Shown piece after piece: positions 30,592 through 40,969 of a stretch of 64,000 bases of DNA. The stretch spans positions 160,001 to 224,000 of the forward strand of contig BK006937.2 of assembly GCA_000146045.2 (NCBI GenBank), written 5' to 3'. Made by a program: the position numbers and the translations under genes. The notes beneath the pieces are model-generated. The model saw only the letters and a program-made list of their open reading frames with translations, was not told the DNA's origin and ran no database searches. Each line of letters opens with the position of its first letter. Position 1 is the first letter of the stretch. This stretch comes from TPA_inf: Saccharomyces (taxonomy: Eukaryota).

Positions 30592-31635
30592 ATGAATTCA
30601 CTCGTTACTCAATATGCTGCTCCGTTGTTCGAGCGTTATCCCCAACTTCATGACTATTTACCAACTTTGGAGCGACCATTTTTTAATATTTCGTTGTGGG
30701 AACATTTCGATGATGTCGTCACTCGTGTAACTAACGGTAGATTTGTTCCAAGCGAATTCCAATTCATTGCAGGTGAATTACCATTAAGCACTTTGCCCCC
30801 TGTGCTATACGCCATCACTGCCTATTACGTTATTATTTTTGGTGGCAGGTTTTTGTTAAGTAAGTCGAAACCATTTAAATTAAATGGCCTTTTCCAATTG
30901 CATAATTTGGTTTTAACTTCACTTTCATTGACGCTTTTATTGCTTATGGTTGAACAATTAGTGCCAATTATTGTTCAGCACGGGTTATACTTCGCTATCT
31001 GTAATATTGGTGCTTGGACTCAACCGCTCGTTACATTATATTACATGAATTACATTGTCAAGTTTATTGAATTTATAGACACCTTTTTCTTGGTGCTAAA
31101 ACATAAAAAATTGACATTTTTGCATACTTATCACCATGGCGCTACTGCCTTATTATGTTACACCCAATTGATGGGCACCACATCTATTTCTTGGGTCCCT
31201 ATTTCATTGAACCTTGGTGTTCACGTGGTTATGTATTGGTACTATTTCTTGGCTGCCAGAGGCATCAGGGTCTGGTGGAAGGAATGGGTTACCAGATTTC
31301 AAATTATCCAATTTGTTTTGGATATCGGTTTCATATATTTTGCTGTCTACCAAAAAGCAGTTCACTTGTATTTCCCAATTTTGCCACATTGTGGTGACTG
31401 TGTGGGTTCAACAACTGCCACCTTTGCAGGTTGTGCCATTATTTCTTCATATTTGGTACTATTTATTTCATTTTACATTAACGTTTATAAACGTAAAGGC
31501 ACCAAAACCAGTAGAGTGGTAAAGCGTGCCCACGGCGGTGTTGCCGCAAAGGTTAATGAGTATGTTAACGTTGACTTGAAAAACGTTCCTACTCCATCTC
31601 CATCACCAAAACCTCAACACAGAAGAAAAAGGTAA
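30592..31635 (+). CDS. ELO2: Very-long-chain fatty acid elongase (ELO family), 347 aa
   Basis: ELO family HxxHH motif (LHTYHHGATALLCY), multiple TM segments and a C-terminal K-rich tail. Matches YCR034W (FEN1/GNS1). Confidence 0.92.
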   Translation: MNSLVTQYAAPLFERYPQLHDYLPTLERPFFNISLWEHFDDVVTRVTNGRFVPSEFQFIAGELPLSTLPPVLYAITAYYVIIFGGRFLLSKSKPFKLNGLFQLHNLVLTSLSLTLLLLMVEQLVPIIVQHGLYFAICNIGAWTQPLVTLYYMNYIVKFIEFIDTFFLVLKHKKLTFLHTYHHGATALLCYTQLMGTTSISWVPISLNLGVHVVMYWYYFLAARGIRVWWKEWVTRFQIIQFVLDIGFIYFAVYQKAVHLYFPILPHCGDCVGSTTATFAGCAIISSYLVLFISFYINVYKRKGTKTSRVVKRAHGGVAAKVNEYVNVDLKNVPTPSPSPKPQHRRKR

Positions 31636-31833
31636 GTGTAAAATCTTTGAAAGAATTTAAGTATTCAACTTTCGTATATTCGTTTTTTCTTAGTGGATCT
31701 ATTGTTACTATTATCACTATTATTATATTGTAAAAGACCGGATGGTTTTGTTATATATTACATACACATGTTATCGTTGAAAAAAGTTTTCCGTTTCCTT
31801 TCGACAGTCATCAGATAATTTTATCCGAGTCTT

Positions 31834-33018
31834 TTATATGTTAAATCTTGTTGACAAATCGTCCGCTCTAACCCTAGATAACAACAATGATCTTTTTATC
31901 ATTTCTGGCGTTATTTTAGCGCCTCCTCCCACTAATGTTAATTGCTTATAGTTACCTGAAGGAGCAGCGAGGATGGAGATCGTACTGTGTATACTTGTTT
32001 CTTCCGCTTCAGTATCTAGGTCTGCTATTAGCACAGTGTTCAATTTATCCATATCAATGTCCACTTCCTCTTCTTCAGAGTTATCAGAGTTTTGTAATTG
32101 GCATTCGGGGTCTAACTCCACTATCCCATAATTTGAAGCAAATGCAATATTCTTTGCGTTTATCATTAACGGTACTGACTTAGTTTGGTCGCAAATAATT
32201 TCATACGTTTCTCTTATGGTGGCACTTCTTCCTCTTGTTCTTATAGTCATTCTTAAATCGGACGCACGCTCATCTATAAATGCTCTAGGTAACTTTACGC
32301 TCTGTAAAGCGTACATCAAAGAATTCCAACACAAATCGAAGACTGGACCAGTGCGACTCAAGACTACAATTTTCGCATACAAAACGTATGACCATTTTCT
32401 TTTCATTTTCAGGTTTGTTTCATTCAGCGTATCATCTTCTAATTCATCGGGATACAAGACGGAAAACGTACCGTCTTCATTCGCACTACGAACACCAGCT
32501 TTTACCTTCAAGGCTTTTTTAGGCAATATCCTAGAGTGCAATATGGAATCGTGTAGTTTTTGTGATATAGTCATTTCTTCATCGGTGCAAGCGCCCACTC
32601 TACCTCTTTCAACTTCCACCACCGGATAGACAGAAGCATAATTTGCAATTATGTCCTCCTCTTTGGTCACTTCGAACAATTCTTCCTCACCGAAATCATC
32701 CAAATCTTTAATCGCGGCGCTAGTTTCTTCTATTATTCCACCCGTAATAGAAGTTATGACTATGGTTTTCCCACTTTTCAAAACATTTGAGCCTAAAATG
32801 TTGTTTTTAGTGTCTATATTACCAGCATCCGCATAACGCGATAAAGTATTATTTTCTATAGCAACATCTCTAAATTCTTCATATTTTCTTAGACATGGCC
32901 TGATTCCTAGGGATAAGTGTCTTTGTAAAGACAATTCTGGAGATATTCTCGCAAGAACTTCAGGTGGAAAAGTAATTGGGTGTATCTCAATAGTTTCTAA
33001 CGTGGTACTTTCAGCCAT
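31834..33018 (-). CDS. RRP43: Exosome non-catalytic core subunit (RNase PH-like, Rrp43/OIP2 family), 394 aa
   Basis: ORF 31834-33024. The six-frame ORF begins MEMAEST. I place the start at the MAEST Met at 33018, which gives the 394 aa I remember for YCR035C. The upstream in-frame ATG two codons earlier is an alternative start. The protein has an RNase PH-like fold. Confidence 0.88.
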
Positions 33019-33296
33019 TTCCAATATTAGATGCCTGTGAAACTACTGTCAAACTTATTTGTGTAACAATACTCATCGTCTAATTTGTCCATTATTGTTA
33101 TATACTCTGTCATAAAAAAAGAAAGAAAAATCTTATACTTTCGTCGACTGTGATTTGAAAATCTCTCCAGATCAAACGGGAATAAAAGGGTTTATATCCG
33201 AAGGTGGCCAGAACAATCATGAAGCAAATAGGATAAAAATAGCCAATAAGATGTTTGTTGTCTTTCATCCCAAAGTTCCAACAGCATATTTCAAAG

Positions 33297-34298
33297 ATGG
33301 GTATTACAGTAATAGGTTCTCTAAACTATGATTTGGACACATTTACGGATAGATTACCTAACGCTGGAGAAACTTTCAGGGCTAACCACTTCGAAACACA
33401 TGCTGGTGGTAAGGGATTGAACCAAGCTGCGGCCATTGGTAAATTAAAAAACCCCAGCAGCAGATATAGTGTTCGAATGATTGGTAATGTTGGAAATGAT
33501 ACATTTGGTAAACAATTGAAGGACACTTTATCCGATTGCGGAGTCGATATCACTCACGTCGGTACTTACGAAGGCATTAATACGGGTACCGCTACCATAC
33601 TAATTGAAGAGAAAGCTGGTGGCCAAAATAGGATATTGATTGTAGAAGGTGCTAACAGCAAGACTATTTATGACCCGAAACAGTTGTGTGAAATTTTTCC
33701 AGAGGGCAAGGAGGAAGAAGAGTATGTTGTTTTTCAACACGAAATTCCTGATCCTCTTTCCATTATTAAATGGATACATGCGAACAGGCCGAATTTTCAG
33801 ATCGTATATAACCCCTCACCTTTCAAGGCCATGCCTAAGAAAGATTGGGAGTTGGTAGACCTTTTGGTCGTTAATGAAATTGAGGGTCTTCAAATCGTGG
33901 AAAGTGTATTTGATAATGAACTTGTTGAAGAAATAAGGGAGAAGATAAAGGACGACTTTTTAGGAGAATATCGTAAAATTTGTGAGCTTTTGTATGAAAA
34001 ACTCATGAATCGAAAGAAAAGAGGAATTGTGGTTATGACTTTGGGTTCGAGAGGGGTGCTTTTCTGTTCGCACGAAAGCCCTGAAGTACAATTCCTTCCG
34101 GCTATTCAAAATGTTTCGGTTGTTGATACTACAGGAGCTGGAGATACTTTCCTGGGCGGTTTGGTTACTCAATTGTATCAAGGAGAGACCTTGTCTACGG
34201 CTATAAAGTTCTCTACATTAGCTAGTTCATTGACCATTCAAAGAAAAGGTGCTGCTGAAAGCATGCCACTGTATAAAGATGTTCAGAAAGATGCATAA
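33297..34298 (+). CDS. RBK1: Ribokinase (PfkB carbohydrate kinase family), 333 aa
   Basis: PfkB motifs are present ([10 protein letters not shown] and [12 protein letters not shown]). The six-frame ORF starts 14 codons upstream at 33255 ([14 protein letters not shown]). I start at [12 protein letters not shown] to match the 333-aa length I remember. The true start is uncertain. Confidence 0.85.
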
Positions 34299-34413
34299 AA
34301 TCTACTGCAATTTTTTACTTTTAGTTTGTTAAATTTTAGTTTTCGTCATATATATAAAGTTTAAAAAGGTACAAAGAATGCAGTAATAAGAAATGTAATT
34401 ACATGAGGGCAGT

Positions 34414-37185
34414 TTAAGTGCTACCTTTTAAGACGGAAGAACTAATACCATAACCGAGAGTAATTACGCAGACAAACGCTAACAACGAAGCAGGAACACC
34501 TCTGGAGATAAAAGCGCCTACAGTTAGCCATCTATTACCCTTTTTATCGGTCATAGAAATAGCAGTAACGTTTGGAAATCCAGATGAAGCCAACCCCATA
34601 CCGCATGAGGCTAACAAGGCGCAACCGAACACAAGAATTGGAGCTGCCTTTGGATCGGATAATTTGTCACCAACTTCTTGCACCAAGGGAATAATGATGA
34701 TTGCTGACACAGTATGTGAGACAAAAGTGCCCACAACTAACATTAAAATACCGAAAATACATAAGATAGCAAAAACACCATCGTTCTGAATTTTCTTTTG
34801 TAATGCTCTTGCAATAGTTACCAACAAGCCTGAAGATGAAACTGCCTTACCAAGGGCTATACCACCCATAGCAAGAACAACAATTGACCAAGGGAATGTG
34901 TTGAAATCCTTTGTTGATAGTAGACCTGTACCAAAAAACAGGACTATCGGTATTACTGCAATTTCACCGGACGATCCAAAAGCACTTTCTATTTGTGACT
35001 CTACACACCATAGAAGAATAGTAGCAATAGTTACAATGATGATAAAATATTGCTTTATAGTAAATCTGGTCCTTATTGGTTTAAATTTTTCCAGTTTAGT
35101 TTTGCCTATTTTAAAGGTGAGTATCATCAAGGCCCAGGAGCACAGCATCGATAGAATACCTGTAGGCAGAGCGACAGCAAAAAATTGCCCCCAGCCGATT
35201 CCATAAGGTTTTAAGTACTGCATGGAGATGATATTCTGTGGCGAAGAAATAGGTGAAGCCATACCACCAATATCTGCCGAAAGTGCAACACCCATGACTA
35301 ATGCCTTAGCAAACGGTGAAGTGTAGTCCAGCGGATCTAGTAAGGGTGTTAATAGAGAATATGTCAATACTGGGGAGGCAACGTTGGAAATCCACATCGA
35401 AAGAAAGAATACAACACTCATTGCCATTAAAAGGACATTTCTTGGCTTGGTACCTGCAAGGGCCAATAACCACGATGCCAAAACTTTCGCAACGTTATAT
35501 TGCGACAAGGCTTCACCCAATGTGAAACCTGCTAATAAAATCATAATTGTTGACGACCACATTGTACCTAAGATTTCTGTAGAGGCAGCTGCTGCTCCCA
35601 TTACCTTACCGTCATCGTCTTTTAGTACCCTAAAAAGGACAGTTAGAAGGGGAACCAATAAACCTGTGATGTGTAATGGAATGGCTTCACTAGCCCATAA
35701 GAAAGCACAGCATTCTACCAATGCCATACACCGGTGTTCGACAGGGTCATTGAAAGTTTTAACACCCAACAAAACACCTGTGACAATGATAATGAAGCCT
35801 ATTTTCATTGCTCTTTTCCCAAAAAATAGCTTAGGAACTGCCAAATTTTCAATTTTAGTAAACTTCAAATTAATTGGCTTAGGCAATGGATACTTGAAAT
35901 ATTCAATTTGAAGCTTTTCTTGCATAAGTTTCTCAGCTTCATCTTCAATAGTTATTATATCGTTATTTTGCGAAGAGAGGCCCAACATGTCTTTCCATGT
36001 GTTGCTTCTTTCCCAAACAATGTGGTCGTGCAGGTACGACTTTAACTCTTGCTTGCATGAATCTACGTTCCCAGGCTGACCCATGAGAACAGCATAAAAT
36101 TCAATAAGTTGTGCAATTTTACTGTTTAAACTGCTTAAAGTTTCATGCTGGAAGATGTAGGTGTCTTTGAAAAATTCTTCACTTTCTATTAATTCTTGCC
36201 TAGTGTTCATGTGCAATACTTTATCAGACTTCTTAGTAATTTTACTGAAACCCATTCTGTTCAATTCGATAAAAGATTTCAACTGGCAAAGGTCTATGTA
36301 AAGATTTATTATTGTCTGTTTTAATAATGACTTTTTCTGAGATTTAATGTTAAATTGCGAATAATTCAAGAGGGCGGTATTGTCGGTAGTGTCAGCAAAC
36401 ACGTCAACGTCATCATCTTCATCCATTTCTTCTTCGCTGTAATCAAACCTATTTCTCAATTCACTGTCGATGTTTGAAGAGTGTATTTCAAATGGGTTAT
36501 TAGATGAATGTGTCTCTGATGTACCAGAAATAATTTCTCTTAAAGGAGGCAATGCTTGAATTTCAGGATTGAAAGTTTCATTCAATCTTGTTACAATGCC
36601 TTCCTTCTCCAAATCATTAATCAAGTGGTCAAATCTTTCATAGAACTTAGCTTCCATTCTTTTGTAGAAATCATCTACTTTCAATTTCTCGTCGCTCAGG
36701 TTAGTTACGAATGTATCATAAGAACTGAAGAGCGTCTTTCCCTCGCTACTCACAGATGAGCTGCGTGATTCAAAGAATTTCTTACGTATAAAATTCTTAT
36801 TGAAAGAGGTGGTTTTCCCTTGAGGAGATAACTCGTCTAACTCAATTGTTTCCTCGTTAATATTGTTCCCATCTATGGCCTTTTCGTCGGAGTCTCCCCT
36901 TTTGCTTCCTGAAGGTGTTTTAGAACCAAAGAGCTTACGCTTGAGTTTATGTGTAAATCTTCTTTTCGATGAAGATGGTTCTCCTGCAGCTATGTTGCTT
37001 TCTATATCAGCGATTGGACCTGGAGTCTGAGAGTCAGCGTCATCGTTTAAGTCACCGGTTGGCGTTTCTTGTTTCAATTCATCTGTCTGTAATGTGTAGA
37101 TCAAATTTTTCAATTCGTTATAATCTAGGTAATGATTCTGCCATTCAGGGACAGCGTTGTATTTGAGAAAGTGTGAGAATCTCAT
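34414..37185 (-). CDS. PHO87: Low-affinity inorganic phosphate transporter with an N-terminal SPX domain and a C-terminal divalent-anion:Na+ symporter-like membrane domain, 923 aa
   Basis: The ORF extends to 37197 (MCLEMRFSHF...). The start is placed at MRFSHFLKYNAVPEWQNHYLDY, the canonical SPX N-terminus, which gives 923 aa. About 12 TM segments lie in the C-terminal half. Matches YCR037C. Confidence 0.9.
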   Translation of the reverse strand: MRFSHFLKYNAVPEWQNHYLDYNELKNLIYTLQTDELKQETPTGDLNDDADSQTPGPIADIESNIAAGEPSSSKRRFTHKLKRKLFGSKTPSGSKRGDSDEKAIDGNNINEETIELDELSPQGKTTSFNKNFIRKKFFESRSSSVSSEGKTLFSSYDTFVTNLSDEKLKVDDFYKRMEAKFYERFDHLINDLEKEGIVTRLNETFNPEIQALPPLREIISGTSETHSSNNPFEIHSSNIDSELRNRFDYSEEEMDEDDDVDVFADTTDNTALLNYSQFNIKSQKKSLLKQTIINLYIDLCQLKSFIELNRMGFSKITKKSDKVLHMNTRQELIESEEFFKDTYIFQHETLSSLNSKIAQLIEFYAVLMGQPGNVDSCKQELKSYLHDHIVWERSNTWKDMLGLSSQNNDIITIEDEAEKLMQEKLQIEYFKYPLPKPINLKFTKIENLAVPKLFFGKRAMKIGFIIIVTGVLLGVKTFNDPVEHRCMALVECCAFLWASEAIPLHITGLLVPLLTVLFRVLKDDDGKVMGAAAASTEILGTMWSSTIMILLAGFTLGEALSQYNVAKVLASWLLALAGTKPRNVLLMAMSVVFFLSMWISNVASPVLTYSLLTPLLDPLDYTSPFAKALVMGVALSADIGGMASPISSPQNIISMQYLKPYGIGWGQFFAVALPTGILSMLCSWALMILTFKIGKTKLEKFKPIRTRFTIKQYFIIIVTIATILLWCVESQIESAFGSSGEIAVIPIVLFFGTGLLSTKDFNTFPWSIVVLAMGGIALGKAVSSSGLLVTIARALQKKIQNDGVFAILCIFGILMLVVGTFVSHTVSAIIIIPLVQEVGDKLSDPKAAPILVFGCALLASCGMGLASSGFPNVTAISMTDKKGNRWLTVGAFISRGVPASLLAFVCVITLGYGISSSVLKGST

Positions 37186-37620
37186 TTCGAGGCACAATAA
37201 TAGCCGCCTTTACCGTAGTTTTGCTGCACCTTTATCTGAGAGCTGACTGCTTTTTTGGTGTGAAACACTGTTTTCTGGTAATAATTTTTCAATGCATCGG
37301 ATTACTTTTCCCACGTGCGAAATCATCAATTAATTAGATTGAAAAAAGGGTAAGGGAAAATAAGAAAGAGGCGGTAGCCTAAAGATACGGTAATTGAAAC
37401 GTTTCCTATGCACAATCTTAAACCTTTTTAGGTAATTGATTAAGTTGACTGTAATATCTGTAAAAGATTACATCTAATTTACGTCTGGTTTCTTATCAAA
37501 AAATATTATCTACTGTAGTTATGCAAGTATTCTTAATTTTCAGTACTAAACATGAATATTAATTATTTGTGAGCGTACAAGAAGCAAAAGGAAGTCATCT
37601 TTCTTTGAACAGTTCTGTTT

Positions 37621-39549
37621 TTAGGTAAGCCTTGGAACCTTAGCTATACTGACTTGATACGCCCTGTCTTTGTTGTCGTTATATAAAGTGTGCACCTTTA
37701 TCATAGCCCCTAATAAGCTTCTTGCAGTAGTATTTGAACAGTGTATATCTTCATATTGCTTTTGTTGTAAATATTGCGCAAAAGCGACTATCTTTGTGAT
37801 TTGGTTGAACTTTTGCATATTCACGTTATTACCATCTTTAGTGAATGTATCGTTTCCGTCTCTTATGAAGGTAATGTCCCTGATAAGCAGTGATGTAAAA
37901 GGTACACAAGGAAGCTGACTGTGGAAAATATGTTTAATTGTTCTTCTATAAACGTTGTAGTTGTTGTTTGGATGTACGACGACTTTTAGGCGCTGAAAAA
38001 GGTGGTCTGATTTAACATCTATCGGGAGAGATAGTCTTTCTATTGAATGATTTTGCAATGATGTAATGATTGAAGCAAGTGAGTTTAAGTTTCGTAAGTA
38101 TAGACAAGACAGTGCAACTTGTAACCAGTAGGAAATGGTGTGCGTTTGCTGCAAAGTTGTCTCAAGAACGTAGGACGATAACTGGTTGGAAAGCGTAAAC
38201 ACGGAGTCAATTGTTGTATCGTTGTGTTTGAAATGTCTTGTGAATTCTATTGTTTCAATATCCAAGTAAAGAGAAGATTCTAAGAGAGTCAATGTCTTTG
38301 CAAGTGACCATGGAGATACGTTTAGAGCGAAGGCTTCGACTTCTAGAAGTTCACCCTGTTTCCATTGGAAAAGTAAATCACTGAGGTCAGTTGCACCGCA
38401 CAATTCATCATTTGCGTTCGTTTTGTCTATCTCGTATTGGAGAAATAAGTTTTCGTAGTCCAGGGGCGGTTTATTTTCTTCGATTTCCTTATCAGTTAGA
38501 CCAATGTAATGAATCTTCAATTGCCTCGTTCTTTTTTTGTTTATAAACAGCTGAACTATGTCTGCAAACAGTTCTTGGTATTCATAATATTCAGCCAAGT
38601 GACTGTACCAAAAATTGAGGATATCTTTTAATGTTGTCTCACTATCTTGCCAATAAGACTCTACCCAGATTTGTATTAGACGAGGGACGGAGTGATTTTT
38701 GTGTTTGTTTTTATTAATTGTGGGATAGGATAGTAGCAACTCTTGGAGGAGAGCATTGTCAGTTGTCCAGTCTCTGAAGTTAAGTAGTAAGTTTGCGGAG
38801 TCAAAGGGGGATGGCTTTTGCCATTTGTGAGAGTTGTGCGGCAGCATCTTATTCAAATAGAGCTGTATTCTGAAGACCTCTTGTAGAACATCATCCATAC
38901 TAAAAAGTAAATCGTCCTGTCCCATTACGAGCTGTATTAGTGCTGTGACCCTCTGTATATTTACGTTGCCATGAAGAAGGTAATGGGCGATATTTTGATA
39001 CAATTCCTGAGTTGCATGTTGGATTGAGTTTACGAAGGGTCGCCAGACGGCCAGAAACCTCCAGGCGGAGTTAACAACTAGTAATACGGCATCCATGTTT
39101 GCATCAGCGCCGAGCCTATACCAGTCACTGAGTAGACGTTTTCTTGCTCTTTTTATGTCCTGACTTCTTTTGACGAGGGGGCATTCTCTAGAGACACAGG
39201 CAGTTGCTTCCAGCAACTGCCGTACGGCCGTTCTCATGCTGTCGAGGATTTTTTTTGGGACGATATTGTCATTATAGGGCAGTGTGTGACTTATGAATTG
39301 TTGTAGAAGGACGTCTGTGATGTTGGAGATATGTATTTTGTTAACTCTTCTTGAGACGATTTGGCCCTGGATAGCGAAGCGTGCGGTTACAAATAGGTCG
39401 TCTTGTTCAAGAAGGTAGGCGAGGACATTATCTATCAGTACAAACATCTTAGTAGTGTCTGAGGAGAGGGTTGATTGTTTATGTATTTTTGCGAAATATA
39501 TATATATATATTCTACACAGATATATACATATTTGTTTTTCGGGCTCAT
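37621..39549 (-). CDS. BUD5: Cdc25-family guanine nucleotide exchange factor for the Rsr1/Bud1 GTPase (bud-site selection), 642 aa. Its 5' part lies inside the MAT W/X region.
   Basis: 642-aa ORF with a C-terminal RasGEF (Cdc25 homology) domain. Its ATG at 39547-39549 overlaps the MATalpha2 stop codon at 39546-39548 (ATGA on the minus strand). Matches YCR038C. Confidence 0.87.
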
Positions 39550-40178
39550 TCTTTCTTCTTTGCCAGAGGCTCACCGCTCAAGAGGTCCGCTAATTCTGGA
39601 GCGATTGTTATTGTTTTTTCTTTTCTTCTTCTATTCGAAACCCAGTTTTTGATTTGAATGCGAGATAAACTGGTATTCTTCATTAGATTCTCTAGGCCCT
39701 TGGTATCTAGATATGGGTTCTCGATGTTCTTTGCAAACCAACTTTCTAGTATTCGGACATTTTCTTTTGTAAACCGGTGTCCTCTGTAAGGTTTAGTACT
39801 TTTGTTTATCATATCTTGAGTTACCACATTAAATACCAACCCATCCGCCGATTTATTTTTCTGTGTAAGTTGATAATTACTTCTATCGTTTTCTATGCTG
39901 CGCATTTCTTTGAGTAATACAGTAATGGTAGTAGTGAGTTGAGATGTTGTTTGCAACAACTTCTTCTCCTCATCACTAATCTTACGGTTTTTGTTGGCCC
40001 TAGATAAGAATCCTAATATATCCCTTAATTCAACTTCTTCTTCTGTTGTTACACTCTCTGGTAACTTAGGTAAATTACAGCAAATAGAAAAGAGCTTTTT
40101 ATTTATGTCTAGTATGCTGGATTTAAACTCATCTGTGATTTGTGGATTTAAAAGGTCTTTAATGGGTATTTTATTCAT
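39546..40178 (-). CDS. MATALPHA2: Homeodomain transcriptional repressor alpha2, 210 aa
   Basis: 210-aa [33 protein letters not shown]... with a homeodomain ([60 protein letters not shown]) and a C-terminal a1-interaction tail. Exact match to alpha2. Residues 92-210 (MRSIEND...) correspond to the a2 ORF and so lie in X. Confidence 0.96.
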
Positions 40179-40324
40179 TTTTTCTTGCTTATCTTCCTTT
40201 TTTTCTTGCCCACTTCTAAGCTGATTTCAATCTCTCCTTTATATATATTTTTAAGTTCCAACATTTTATGTTTCAAAACATTAATGATGTCTGGGTTTTG
40301 TTTGGGATGCAATTTATTGCTTCC

Positions 40325-40344
40325 CAATGTAGAAAAGTACATCA
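40325..40344. promoter_or_regulatory. a1-alpha2 (haploid-specific gene) operator in the MATalpha1/alpha2 divergent promoter
   Basis: The sequence CAATGTAGAAAAGTACATCA carries dyad half-sites ATGTA and TACAT separated as in the hsg operator consensus (CATGT-N-TACATCA). It lies about 100 bp upstream of the alpha1 ATG. I remember it as the site that shuts off alpha1 in a/alpha diploids. Confidence 0.5.
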
Positions 40345-40441
40345 TATGAAACAACTTAAACTCTTAACTACTTCTTTTAACCTTCACTTTTTATGAAATG
40401 TATCAACCATATATAATAACTTAATAGACGACATTCACAAT

Positions 40442-40969
40442 ATGTTTACTTCGAAGCCTGCTTTCAAAATTAAGAACAAAGCATCCAAATCATACAGAAA
40501 CACAGCGGTTTCAAAAAAGCTGAAAGAAAAACGTCTAGCTGAGCATGTGAGGCCAAGCTGCTTCAATATTATTCGACCACTCAAGAAAGATATCCAGATT
40601 CCTGTTCCTTCCTCTCGATTTTTAAATAAAATCCAAATTCACAGGATAGCGTCTGGAAGTCAAAATACTCAGTTTCGACAGTTCAATAAGACATCTATAA
40701 AATCTTCAAAGAAATATTTAAACTCATTTATGGCTTTTAGAGCATATTACTCACAGTTTGGCTCCGGTGTAAAACAAAATGTCTTGTCTTCTCTGCTCGC
40801 TGAAGAATGGCACGCGGACAAAATGCAGCACGGAATATGGGACTACTTCGCGCAACAGTATAATTTTATAAACCCTGGTTTTGGTTTTGTAGAGTGGTTG
40901 ACGAATAATTATGCTGAAGTACGTGGTGACGGATATTGGGAAGATGTGTTTGTACATTTGGCCTTATAG
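40442..40969 (+). CDS. MATALPHA1: Alpha-domain transcriptional co-activator alpha1, 175 aa
   Basis: 175-aa ORF MFTSKPAFKIKNKASKSYRNTAVSKKLKEKRLAEHVRP... is an exact match to alpha1. The ORF crosses the Yalpha/Z1 junction, with the last ~39 codons (about 120 nt incl. stop) in Z1. Confidence 0.96.
   Translation: MFTSKPAFKIKNKASKSYRNTAVSKKLKEKRLAEHVRPSCFNIIRPLKKDIQIPVPSSRFLNKIQIHRIASGSQNTQFRQFNKTSIKSSKKYLNSFMAFRAYYSQFGSGVKQNVLSSLLAEEWHADKMQHGIWDYFAQQYNFINPGFGFVEWLTNNYAEVRGDGYWEDVFVHLAL
40843..40866. other. HO endonuclease recognition and cleavage site at the Yalpha/Z1 border
   Basis: ACTTCGCGCAACAGTATAATTTTATAAACCCTGG contains the conserved Z1-side HO core CGCAACAGTATAATTTTATAAA. HO cuts within CGCAACA|GTA and leaves 4-nt 3' overhangs. 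The site is embedded in alpha1 codons (...YFAQQYNFINPG). Confidence 0.8.

Noticed and set aside
34299-34413. RBK1-PHO87 convergent intergenic region and the PHO87-BUD5 gap (37186-37620) as additional ARS elements (ARS313/ARS314 from memory)
   Set aside because: I could not find an 11/11 ACS match by eye in either interval. Only weak 9/11-type matches are present, so I do not call them. A PWM scan would be needed.
40751-40957. 68-aa minus-strand ORF antisense to the MATalpha1 3' end, across the HO site
   Set aside because: There is no known gene here. It overlaps the highly conserved alpha1 and Z1 sequence and is a chance ORF.
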